A stretch of DNA of 64,000 nt from Planctomycetota bacterium (lineage in GTDB: Bacteria; Planctomycetota; UBA1135; UBA2386). The position numbers were made by a program, and so were the translations under genes. The DNA lies in the NCBI GenBank assembly GCA_947501605.1, contig CANMWZ010000010.1, forward strand, positions 46,688 to 110,687, written 5' to 3'. Position 1 is the first letter of the stretch. The number at the start of each line of letters is the position of its first letter. The notes beneath the pieces were generated by a model. It was given only the letters and a program-made list of their open reading frames with translations, searched no databases and was not told the origin of the DNA. This document shows positions 27,107 to 36,427 of the stretch, one piece after another.

Positions 27107-29668
27107 TCACTTGCCCTCGATATCGCGGATGTCCGTGATCCACGCGCGGACCATGACCATCAGACTGCGGTTCTCGTCGGCGACGCCTTCCTGCTTGAAG
27201 AAGAAGGACAGCAGCGGCAGCTGCGAGAGCAGCGGGATCTCCGCGCGGCGTTCGCGAGTGAGCACCTGACGCAGGCCACCGAGCAGGACCGTGCCGCCGT
27301 CCGGTACTCGCACCGTGGTCGCAAAGCTGGTGACGCGCAAGTTCGGCAACTGCAGCGTCACTGGCAGCGTCGAGCCGGCGAGCGACGTGGTGAACGTCGG
27401 GATCGGGCGGCTCAGTTCGGCGATGGTCGGGTTGAGGTTAAGGATGATGTACTTACGGTCCTGCTGGATCACCGGTCGCACGTCCAGAACGATGCCGTCC
27501 TGGATCACGTCGACCTTCGGGTCCGCGATGAACGAGGCCTGCGCGACCTCGACGTCGAAGTCACGGACATAGGCCGTCTGGTTGATCACCGCGACGTGGC
27601 CACGCTCCTTGTCGAGGACTGACAAGTATTGGCTATTGACGATCTCGACATCCTCCTGCTTCTCGACCGCGCGCAGGATCATCTGCAACTCCGTATCGCC
27701 CAGATAGGCCCAGCTTGCAGTGAATCCGCCATTGGGCGTCAGCGCTTGGCCAAGGCCTGAGGTGAACAGGTTCTCGGTCCGGCCGCGAACGTCGCCGTCG
27801 TTGCCGTCGTTGAAGAACGCACCTGAGGTCGGGTTGGCTGCCGGGTCGCCGGTGCCGCCGTTGTCGGTGCCACGCGACGCGTTGTCGTCGAGGCCATTGG
27901 TGACGTCATCAAGGGTCGCATTGGTCCCCTTGCTGCCGGCTCCGCCGAGGCCCCGGAAATCGACGCCGATCTCCTGCAGGAAGTTGCGCGTGATCGTCAG
28001 GAACTTGCTGTCAATCGTGACCACCGGCGTCGCCGAGCGGCGCATATCGGCGAGCACGCCCGCAACGAGCTTCTGGATCGTCGGGCTAGCCTTGACGATC
28101 AAGTAGCCGGTGTCTTCGGGCGTGATTCCCACACCCTCGCTGCCCCAGTAGGCGGGATCGGTAGCGTCTTGAACGTTGGTGACGAGGTCGGCGATCTCGA
28201 TGTAGGAGACCTTGTCGTCCCCTTCACCACCAGCGCGCGGCGAGTCATCCGTATCGCCGCTACCCGGGATGTCACGGATGCGAGGCGCGAGGAACTCGGT
28301 GCGCTTGAAGACGAGGTCCTTGACGTCGTAGACCTCGCTCTGAATCTGGCCAGACGCGTCGGACTTGTTGCCGATGACAACAACTCCATTCCGGACCGTC
28401 CAAGCAAGGTTCGTCGACTTCTGAACCATCAGGTTCAAGAAGTTCTCGAGCGTGACCGAGTTCACCAGCTCGATCTCCATCTTCAGGCTCTCGCCGTTGA
28501 TCACCTCGCGGCCGGCCGGAGTAATGATGATCGAGACGTTGGTGACCAACTGGAGGTTCTTGACGACCTCGGTGAACTCGCCCGTCTCGGCCGTGTAGGT
28601 CAGCTTGCCGACTGGCGCGATGCGGACTTGCTCCCAGAGAGCGGCGTCCTGCGGATCGATGCTCTGCTGTGAGCCGACGGTCCCGGCGCGGCGCTGAGCC
28701 CGCTCCCAGGTGTCGTTATCCATCGACAGCACCTTGGTGTAGGGGATCTTGAGCTCCTCGCGGCTCTCGAGCAAGGAGCGGATTTCCTTCGCCTTCTGCG
28801 AATAGTAATCCTCGTTCATCTGGTCGCGCGCGGCCTTGGTGGTGACGTGCACCATCTCTTGGGCGACGGCGCTGGTCGGATCCGCCTCGAGGGCCTTGAG
28901 TGCATACTCCTGCGCGTTGCGGAACTGGCGGCTCTCGAAGGCCACCTGAGCCTGCTGCAGGAAGAGATCGAGCCGAGCGCGGCGGCGCGCTTCCGTCTGG
29001 CGGCGCTCCTCAGCGAGGCGCTGGGCCAATTGGTCGTTGTATTGGCTCTGCGTGGCCCGCTTCTGCTCGGTCAGCTTTTGCTCCGCGTCACTGAGCAGGC
29101 CATCGACTTGCTGCGGCAGAGCTTGCCAGTCCACCTGGTCGCGAGTGCGAACGATGACCTGCGCGTGACTCAGTTCGTCGACGGCACCAGCGAAGTTCTG
29201 CTCCGCCAGCATTTCGCGAGCACGCTGCAGCTTCTCGGTCACGAGCGCGCGCGAGCGGTCTTCGGCGATGCGCTGCTGTTCTAGTTGCTCGGTGTGGAAA
29301 TCGATGGCGCCCCCGATCGGCACGCCGCGTTCGGCTTGCACCGCCGCGATCATGTTGCGGACGGCCTCGTTCTCAGGCTGGAGGTCCTTCGCCTTCAGCA
29401 ACTCATGCAGCGCTGCATCGAGTTTGCCATCGAGGCGGAGACGTTCGCTGACTTCCAGGTACTTGGCGACGAGAGCGGCGCGGCGCTCTTGATCGAGCGT
29501 GCGCGCACCTCCTTGCGGGTCCTGCGCAGCGGCGTTGGCTTCGCCCTGGTTCGGATTCGTCGGGTCCATGCCCGGTTCGGTGGTGGTATCGCTGGATGTC
29601 GAGCACGAAACACCAGCAAGGGCGGCGGTCAGAGATGCGGCGAGAAGGCGCGGATGTTCGAGGGCCAT
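27107..29668 (-). CDS. Secretin-family (GspD/PilQ-like) lipoprotein with a TPR N-terminus, paralog A
   Basis: Lipobox LAGVSC; C-terminal secretin motifs DGIVLDVRPVI, TTVRVPDGGTVLLGGL, IPLLSQLPLLSFFF. Confidence 0.85.
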   Translation of the reverse strand: MALEHPRLLAASLTAALAGVSCSTSSDTTTEPGMDPTNPNQGEANAAAQDPQGGARTLDQERRAALVAKYLEVSERLRLDGKLDAALHELLKAKDLQPENEAVRNMIAAVQAERGVPIGGAIDFHTEQLEQQRIAEDRSRALVTEKLQRAREMLAEQNFAGAVDELSHAQVIVRTRDQVDWQALPQQVDGLLSDAEQKLTEQKRATQSQYNDQLAQRLAEERRQTEARRRARLDLFLQQAQVAFESRQFRNAQEYALKALEADPTSAVAQEMVHVTTKAARDQMNEDYYSQKAKEIRSLLESREELKIPYTKVLSMDNDTWERAQRRAGTVGSQQSIDPQDAALWEQVRIAPVGKLTYTAETGEFTEVVKNLQLVTNVSIIITPAGREVINGESLKMEIELVNSVTLENFLNLMVQKSTNLAWTVRNGVVVIGNKSDASGQIQSEVYDVKDLVFKRTEFLAPRIRDIPGSGDTDDSPRAGGEGDDKVSYIEIADLVTNVQDATDPAYWGSEGVGITPEDTGYLIVKASPTIQKLVAGVLADMRRSATPVVTIDSKFLTITRNFLQEIGVDFRGLGGAGSKGTNATLDDVTNGLDDNASRGTDNGGTGDPAANPTSGAFFNDGNDGDVRGRTENLFTSGLGQALTPNGGFTASWAYLGDTELQMILRAVEKQEDVEIVNSQYLSVLDKERGHVAVINQTAYVRDFDVEVAQASFIADPKVDVIQDGIVLDVRPVIQQDRKYIILNLNPTIAELSRPIPTFTTSLAGSTLPVTLQLPNLRVTSFATTVRVPDGGTVLLGGLRQVLTRERRAEIPLLSQLPLLSFFFKQEGVADENRSLMVMVRAWITDIRDIEGK

Positions 29669-30124
29669 CGGTTCACGCTCTGGAACTTGTGGGGTGCGAG
29701 CACCCACAAGGGTTTGGGACGATTCTCCGAACCGACGATTCGCGAGCGAGCGTGCGCGAGGGGTTGCTACGCGGCGGTCGTGATGCGGCGGGGGAGGGGC
29801 TTAGGGACAACAACGTCGCGACTGCTGCAGCAGAACGCCACGTCGAAGTCGGCGAAAGCTAGCCACGCCTGCGGGCTCGTGCCAGCGGATTCTGCGTCCA
29901 TCCTGCTGGGATCTTCTTCGATTTGCGCGGGGCCGAGCACTGCGGGAGGCGATCGACGCCCGCCGGTGCGGCGGGCGCGGCGCCCACCGTTCTGTGCTTA
30001 GGCCTTGGTGCTCTCGCGAAGATCGAGATCGAGCACTCGTGAAACAGCGCGACCCTGCTGCGGGGTTGCCGCAGCAGGGTCGCAGGTGGACTCGCCCAGC
30101 GAGTCCTTGGGCACGCTCGCCGGA

Positions 30125-30691
30125 CTACTTCTTTCCTGGAGCCTGGCCGAGGCCGCCGCCGAAGTTGATCTCGCCGAATCCAGCGGCCTTCACCAAGTCC
30201 GCGGTCTTCGCCGCATCATCATAGTACGTGCCCGGGTGTGGTTCGATGACCACCGGCATCGGCTTCTTCTGGCCGGGCTTCTCTTTGTCATCCTGCCAAG
30301 TGTCGCGGTTGTTGTAGATCCGCTTCAATTGGTTCAGCAGGTCGTCGCTGTTCGTCACCAACGTTGGGCCCACCATCCATTTGATGGTGTGACCCTGAAG
30401 GGCGAAGCGGTAGGGACGCTGGGTCTGGCTGTTGACCAAACCAGGGCCGCCGCCATTGGGAAACCGCTGGGTGCCCCTGGAGTCCTCGTAGACGCCGAGC
30501 GATAGCTGTTCCTGTGGCTCCACCTTGGTTGCTTGGCTGCCCTTGTCCTTGGGCAGGTAGGCTGGCAGCTTGGCCTCGAGCACTTTGAATTCGATGCAGA
30601 TGAAGAAGATGATCATCAGGAAGACGCAGTCGATCATGGGCGTCATGTCCGGCTTGACTTCTTCCTGGGCTGCTGCGAGTAGATCGCTCAT
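30125..30691 (-). CDS. exbD: ExbD/TolR family protein
   Basis: DMTPMIDCVFLMIIFF TM segment with the conserved Asp. Confidence 0.85.
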   Translation of the reverse strand: MSDLLAAAQEEVKPDMTPMIDCVFLMIIFFICIEFKVLEAKLPAYLPKDKGSQATKVEPQEQLSLGVYEDSRGTQRFPNGGGPGLVNSQTQRPYRFALQGHTIKWMVGPTLVTNSDDLLNQLKRIYNNRDTWQDDKEKPGQKKPMPVVIEPHPGTYYDDAAKTADLVKAAGFGEINFGGGLGQAPGKK

Positions 30692-30712
30692 CGTCGGTTC
30701 CTTGCTGGTTGT

Positions 30713-31234
30713 CTAGTTCTTGCCCTTGAGCAGCGCCTCTTCCTTGTCCTTTTCGGACATGGCGAGCTCGACCTTCCAGAAGGCAGCTTCGGGCTGGCTG
30801 CACTGCTTCATCACTTCGCCGACGAAGTGCCACTCGGTCCACTTGTCAGCGCGCAGGAGGATCGGATCGTCGACCAGTTCTACGTCGCGTCCGCCGAGAT
30901 TCTCAGTCTTCGTCTTCACGTTGCCGGTCTGCTTGATCAGCTTCAGCATTCGTAGGATGCCGGAGTAATCGCTGCCGTGGACCGCAGGGTCGTACTGCAT
31001 CTTCCCCTTGTAGTAGACCGCGCCCGTTTGCAGCAGGTTGATGACGGGTCGGTTCTCGGGCGGCGAGTCATCGGCTTGCTGATACTGTGCCTTGGGGAGA
31101 ATCAGGTCTTCGAGGTTGGTCTGACTCAGGTCGATGATCAGCACGAAGAAAATCATCAGCAGGAACACGCAGTCGATCATCGGAGTCATGTCCATCTCCT
31201 GCGTCTGCTGCGCTTCTTTCTTGAGGTCGGTCAT
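30713..31234 (-). CDS. exbD: ExbD/TolR family protein (second)
   Basis: DMTPMIDCVFLLMIFF; ILLRADK..WHFVGEVMKQC periplasmic motif. Confidence 0.9.
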   Translation of the reverse strand: MTDLKKEAQQTQEMDMTPMIDCVFLLMIFFVLIIDLSQTNLEDLILPKAQYQQADDSPPENRPVINLLQTGAVYYKGKMQYDPAVHGSDYSGILRMLKLIKQTGNVKTKTENLGGRDVELVDDPILLRADKWTEWHFVGEVMKQCSQPEAAFWKVELAMSEKDKEEALLKGKN

Positions 31235-31296
31235 TGCTCAGCTCCTTGCCCGCGAGACGGGACTAGGTCGAACGTGCACGGGGACAAGTGGTTCGA

Positions 31297-32025
31297 TCAC
31301 TGCCCCTTGCGGAAGCGCTCGAACATGTCCTCGGCGATGGCATTGACCTCGGTGCAGATGCGGACGACGCGGTTTCGGAGGACGAAGAAGCACACGCCGA
31401 CTGGCATCGCGACCGTAAGGCCGAAGATCGTCGTGATGAGTGCCATCTTGATGCCCTTGGCCAAGATCGCAGGGCTCACGGATCCACCGGCAGAGGCGAT
31501 CGTTCCGAAGGTCACGAACATGCCCGTCACGGTGCCGAACAATCCCATCATCGGTGCCGTCGCGGACATGAGCGACAGCCAGCCGACCTTTTGGAACAGC
31601 TTGGTGGATTCTTCCGCCTCCATCTCGCGGACGGTGGCCTGAATCGTCTCGAACGGGTGGCCAAGCTTGCTGAGGCCCGCGCCGACACACCGCGTCAGGT
31701 AGAACTTTTCGTTCTCACAGAGCTCGGTCGCTTCCTGAAAGTTCTCTTCGTCGAACAGCGCGCCCAGCTCGTCAATCAGGTCGGGCGGCGCAAGCTTCTC
31801 GCGCTTCAGGGAGACGAAGTTCTCGATGATTAGCGCCAGGGAGATGACCGACATGGCGACGATGATGTAGCCGATGAGGCCAGCGTTTTCGTACGCGAAC
31901 ATGTCCGCGAGCGCGCCGGTTTGCTCGGCGGCGGCGGGCTTCGCATCCTGCGCGGAAGCGAGGCTGGTCACGAACAACGGCGTGGCAAGGGCGAGGAATC
32001 GAGCGATGCTAGATGGGAGGTTCAT
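31297..32025 (-). CDS. exbB: MotA/TolQ/ExbB proton channel protein
   Basis: APMMGLFGTVTGM and ALITTIFGLTVAMP TM motifs; signal-like N-terminus; start MNLPSS. Confidence 0.92.
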   Translation of the reverse strand: MNLPSSIARFLALATPLFVTSLASAQDAKPAAAEQTGALADMFAYENAGLIGYIIVAMSVISLALIIENFVSLKREKLAPPDLIDELGALFDEENFQEATELCENEKFYLTRCVGAGLSKLGHPFETIQATVREMEAEESTKLFQKVGWLSLMSATAPMMGLFGTVTGMFVTFGTIASAGGSVSPAILAKGIKMALITTIFGLTVAMPVGVCFFVLRNRVVRICTEVNAIAEDMFERFRKGQ

Positions 32026-32179
32026 GGAGCAGCGACTCCGTGTGCAGGAGTAGGGCAGGTAGCAGGGAGAGGGGGTTAGATCGAGCCGCAGAGTTTGCGC
32101 GGTCGCGCGACCGCGGAAAAGACCCTGAGACAGATGGAAACGAAAAAGGGGTGGGCACGCGGCATGCGGGCCGTCGATG

Positions 32180-33316
32180 TCACTTGGCGAGCTCGGTCTT
32201 CGCCGGACCAACCCAACGGCTGGTGGAGTAGCTACGAATCACGAGGTTGAAGTAGGCGGTTGCGCGATTCTTCCAGTCCTGGCTGGCGCGTTCGCCCAGC
32301 GCTGTAACCACGCGACCGAGGTAGTAGTTGGCTTTCGCAGCCGTGTCGCCGGCGCCGGTGTCGAGCACGCAGGCTTCGGCGAGCGCGATTTCGGCCGTGC
32401 GCAGCCCAGCGGCGTCGTTGGCGCCCACTGCAACGAGGAACGTGGCTTCACCGAGGCCGGCCTTGCCGGCGGCGGCGAGCGATGCGTCCGTGTTCTGGGC
32501 TAGGGTCCGGAAGTAATCCGAGGCGCGGACATAGTCCTTCTCGAAGACAAGCGATTCGCCTTCGCCGACCTTCGAGTTGACCTTGATCGCGACCATTTCC
32601 GCGCTTTGGCCACCAGCGGCGGCGAGAGCGGTGTCCGCAGTGCCGCCGGCGCTCTGGAAGGAACTGCGGGCGTCGGCTGCTCGGCCTTGTTCGAGCAGAC
32701 TCAGGGCCAATTCGTACTTCGCGCGCGCATTCCAGATCGCTCCCCAGCCATCGCTACCAGCGCGATTGTCGAGGTCCTTCAGTGTCGCTTCGGCGTCCGC
32801 ATGCACTTGGCCGAGTCGCAGTGCACGGCCGAGTAGATACATCCCTTCGGGGACGCGCCAGTGGTCGGGGAACTCGCTGAGCCACGCCCGCATGGCACCC
32901 GACGCGTTCGCCGCGGCGGCGGGATCGCCGGCGGCTGCCATGACCGCGGCCCGGCCTTGCAGCAGGCGGGCTTCGGCCTTGACCACGGGACGGTCGCTGG
33001 CAGTTGCCGCCTCGCCGAATTGCTGTCTGGCCAATTCGTACTCGTTGCGAGCCATGGCGGCGAGGCCGCTCGTGAAGCTCTCAGGGACTCCGCCCCACTG
33101 GATGTCGACAATCTGGTGCGGGGGGATCTCGACTTCCTCTTTGCTGCGCGTCACCTTGACCGAGGTCAGCGTGAAGACTGTCACCGTCACGCCGCGAAGG
33201 CTCGAGCCGTCGACCTTGACAATGGTGTCTGACGATTCCTGCGCCGGCAACCAGGCTGTGCACAGCGACAGACAGAGAACGAACAAGGAGCGCATGGCGG
33301 GTGTGCGGGCGTTCAC
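32180..33316 (-). CDS. Exported TPR-like protein
   Basis: Signal peptide (SLFVLCLSLCTAWLPAQ), small beta domain, then helical repeats ending YSTSRWVGPAK; start GTG 33316 (GTGA coupling) or ATG 33295. Confidence 0.75.
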   Translation of the reverse strand: MNARTPAMRSLFVLCLSLCTAWLPAQESSDTIVKVDGSSLRGVTVTVFTLTSVKVTRSKEEVEIPPHQIVDIQWGGVPESFTSGLAAMARNEYELARQQFGEAATASDRPVVKAEARLLQGRAAVMAAAGDPAAAANASGAMRAWLSEFPDHWRVPEGMYLLGRALRLGQVHADAEATLKDLDNRAGSDGWGAIWNARAKYELALSLLEQGRAADARSSFQSAGGTADTALAAAGGQSAEMVAIKVNSKVGEGESLVFEKDYVRASDYFRTLAQNTDASLAAAGKAGLGEATFLVAVGANDAAGLRTAEIALAEACVLDTGAGDTAAKANYYLGRVVTALGERASQDWKNRATAYFNLVIRSYSTSRWVGPAKTELAK

Positions 33317-36195
33317 GGGCGGTTCAGGTCGAAGTAGGTGAAGAGGTTCATGCCGTCCTGGCCGAGCGCCTTGAGGCCGGCGAACTTGTCGAGTGCTCCC
33401 GTCGTGCGGTAGATCGAAGCCGCGTAGCCCTTGTAGGTGCTGTCCTGCTCGCCAGCCTGTTTGGCGTACCAGTAGCATTCCCATTGGAAGCGATACCAGT
33501 CGATGCTGTACTTCTGGACTGCGGGGCGCTGAGCCCAGGTCCGGTACTCGGAGTAGTACTTGTCGTAGGCTTCCTTGTAGCGGCCGAGGCCAGGCTCCTT
33601 CACCGGCTTGCCACGGTTATTGAGGTAGAACCAGCCGCCAAGGGCCTTGCAGACCAGGCGCTTCAGCTCGTACTGGTTGGGGTTGGCCTTCTCGGCTGCG
33701 AGCAACATGTCGAGTGCCTGCTGAAACTGGCGTTGCTCGAGCAGCGCTTCACCGATTTTCGGCCGAATCGTGAGGTCGATGACCTCCTTGGTCTTCGCCT
33801 CTGCTTCAGTTCCGTACAGTTGCAGCGCCTTCTGCGCGACCTCGTCGACTTTCTTCCAGTCGCCGAGTTTCTCGAAGGCGTTCATCGTGTTGACCAGGAT
33901 GCCGAGCTGCGGCTTGCCCGACGAACGGATGTAGTCAACGCCCAGGTTGCACAGGCGCGTGCGCATCTGCGTGATGTCGTTGCGCAGCTTCTCAATGCCC
34001 GCCTTGTCCTTGTCGGCACTGACGGCAGCGTCGAGTTCTTTGTCCAGATTGGCCGTGTGCGTCAGGTAGGCACCGAAGATGACGCTTGCTAGCTTGCTTG
34101 CGCGCTGCTCATCGAGGTCCTTGATCTGCAAGTACGAGGCTTCGGCCTTGTCGAGTTCGCCCAGGTCTGCGTGCATCCGGCCAAGAGCGTCGAGCGCCTG
34201 TGCGATCGTCGCTTCTTTCGACTTGCCGTGGTTGGCGACAAAGGCCTGCATCAGCGCGATTGCCGCCGGATACTTTGCAGGGTCGCGTTGCAGCTTCAGG
34301 GTCGCATCGCCATAGGCCTGCGCGTAGGCGATTGCTGCCTCGGTGTAATCCGTGCGCCGGATGGCACTCTCGCGGACTTGTGCCTTGTCGGCTCTCTTGG
34401 GGTCGAGAACGGCTTCCTTGGAAGCGAGCCAAGAGCGGTAGTCGGCGATGGACTGCGTGGCCTCCGCGATCTTGCCGCCAAAGAACTGCATCCGGATCAG
34501 GTTGGCGCGCGCGAGCTCGTACTGCAGGAACTCCTTCGGTACCTGAGCAAAGGCGTCGACCGCTTCCGTCCACTTGCTCTCGGCCATGCGGTCATTGCCG
34601 TTCTTCCAGTGGACCTTGCCGGCGCCGGCCGTCGAGTAGGCCAACACGGTCGGCTCGGCCATGGCAAACAGCGGCTGCAGAGCAGGGTCGTTCTTGCTGA
34701 TCGACTTGAGCTGCGTGACGGTGCGATCCAAGCGGTCTGCCATGTCGCTGGCGAGCGGCGATTCGGTGCCGTCCTCTCGCTTGCCGAAGCGCTTCAGTCC
34801 TTGCTCGAAGGCAATCAGCGACTCGAGGAATCGATCCGTCGCAGCGAAGATCTTCCCGAGGAGGTCATAGGCTTCGAGGCCGATTGCTCTTTGCTCTTCT
34901 GGTGACATCGTCGCGAGCGCGCGGCGGAGACCCTTGATGCCCTCCTCGTAGTTCTTGTTCTGATATTCGCCCTTGGCGATTTCGAACAGGAGCGAGCCCG
35001 AAACCAAGTTGCGCTGGCGATCGAGAATCTGACGCAGCACCGCCTTGGCCTTGATGCCGACGTAATCGCTCGGATGCTTGTCGTTGATCTTCTGCGCCAT
35101 GGTCAGCGCCTGTTGCACCTTGGCAGCATCTCCCGACTCGGCAAGGAACCGGCATTCGGCCAGGAAGGTAAGGTGACCAAAGCGCGGATCGCAGATCTCG
35201 AGCGGATCGAGCCCCTTCTCACCGTTCTTGGCGAGGTTGTCGCGGAACGAAAGGAACATCTCCGTCGCCGCCGCCGTGTCGCCCTGCTCGAACAGGAGTT
35301 CGCCGAGATGCGCGTAGACCTCCTGCATCATGTCAAAGAGGAAGGCCAGCGTGTCGCCGCTGAGCTCGTTGTCCTCGGCATTGAGTGTGACGCCGATCTG
35401 TTGGATGGTTGCGCTATAGCTGGCGATTGCATCGGCAGTGTTGCCCGCAACCTCACGGCACTGAGCGATCTCGAAGAGCCCGCGCAGGCCGAGTGCGGTT
35501 TCCTCCCCGTACTCAAGCACCATCTCTTCGAGTTCATTGATTGCTCGTCCCGTCTGAACTTCCCGGTCCTGCTTGATGGCGCGACCATGTTCGCGCAGCA
35601 GCACGCCTTTGCGCATCCAGGCAAGACCGTACTCGAGCTTCGTCTGCGGATCCTTGGCTGCACCCTCTTGCAGCGCCTGCATGACCTTCACGCACGATTC
35701 GCCGCCGAGTGCGAACACGTCCTTCGCTTCCTGTTCCAGTTCGGCCACGCGAGTTGGCGATTCCGTGCGCGCAACATCGAGTTCTTCGTTGAGGAACTGT
35801 CCAAATTCCTGAGCTGCTTCTGCGAGCGTCGCGCGAGCGTCGCGCTGGACCGTTGCGTCGCTGCTGCGCTCGAGCAGTTCTTTGCTCTGCAGCAGAGCCT
35901 TCTTGTAGTCGCTGCGCTGCTCGATGCGGTTCTGCTTGATGCGCGCGCCGAACAGCGAGACCTCCACTCGCAACTGCAGGACGCGGTCCTGGTCGCTAGC
36001 CGTCTTGAATTCACTCTCGAGTCGCGCGAGCTCGGTCTCTGCGACCGACACGAGTCCGAGATCGCGCGCGAGGCCGCGCACAAAGGTCATCTCCCGGTCG
36101 AGCTTGGCCGGTCCCTGAGCGACAGCAATCGTCGTCTGGAACGACATCGCCAAGAGGCCAAGGGCGACAGGAGACAGGAACGCTCGGGCGCGCAT
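33313..36195 (-). CDS. Large exported TPR/alpha-solenoid protein (~960 aa)
   Basis: Signal peptide ending AVAQ; predicted all-helical, TPR-like repeats throughout. Confidence 0.75.
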   Translation of the reverse strand: MRARAFLSPVALGLLAMSFQTTIAVAQGPAKLDREMTFVRGLARDLGLVSVAETELARLESEFKTASDQDRVLQLRVEVSLFGARIKQNRIEQRSDYKKALLQSKELLERSSDATVQRDARATLAEAAQEFGQFLNEELDVARTESPTRVAELEQEAKDVFALGGESCVKVMQALQEGAAKDPQTKLEYGLAWMRKGVLLREHGRAIKQDREVQTGRAINELEEMVLEYGEETALGLRGLFEIAQCREVAGNTADAIASYSATIQQIGVTLNAEDNELSGDTLAFLFDMMQEVYAHLGELLFEQGDTAAATEMFLSFRDNLAKNGEKGLDPLEICDPRFGHLTFLAECRFLAESGDAAKVQQALTMAQKINDKHPSDYVGIKAKAVLRQILDRQRNLVSGSLLFEIAKGEYQNKNYEEGIKGLRRALATMSPEEQRAIGLEAYDLLGKIFAATDRFLESLIAFEQGLKRFGKREDGTESPLASDMADRLDRTVTQLKSISKNDPALQPLFAMAEPTVLAYSTAGAGKVHWKNGNDRMAESKWTEAVDAFAQVPKEFLQYELARANLIRMQFFGGKIAEATQSIADYRSWLASKEAVLDPKRADKAQVRESAIRRTDYTEAAIAYAQAYGDATLKLQRDPAKYPAAIALMQAFVANHGKSKEATIAQALDALGRMHADLGELDKAEASYLQIKDLDEQRASKLASVIFGAYLTHTANLDKELDAAVSADKDKAGIEKLRNDITQMRTRLCNLGVDYIRSSGKPQLGILVNTMNAFEKLGDWKKVDEVAQKALQLYGTEAEAKTKEVIDLTIRPKIGEALLEQRQFQQALDMLLAAEKANPNQYELKRLVCKALGGWFYLNNRGKPVKEPGLGRYKEAYDKYYSEYRTWAQRPAVQKYSIDWYRFQWECYWYAKQAGEQDSTYKGYAASIYRTTGALDKFAGLKALGQDGMNLFTYFDLNRP

Positions 36196-36427
36196 AGGGC
36201 GCCGGATGGTGCTGCCGATCACGAGGCTGACTCCAGAATGCAGAAGAGGCACGATTCGGATTGCGCCCGAGGGTGCATGCGGGCGCCACCGACTCGGGCA
36301 AAGACCAGCGCGCGGAGGGGTCTCACCACGCGTTGGACAAGGAACGCTGAACATAGCGATCGGTTCAGTGGAGCCAATCGCCAAGGGCGCGAGCGCTGAG
36401 ACAGCAGCACGCGCCCCGCTAGGGGTG

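Noticed and set aside
29767..29901. Possible 44-aa minus-strand ORF (MDAESAG...) between exbD and secretin A
   Set aside because: No motif or convincing RBS; cannot be supported
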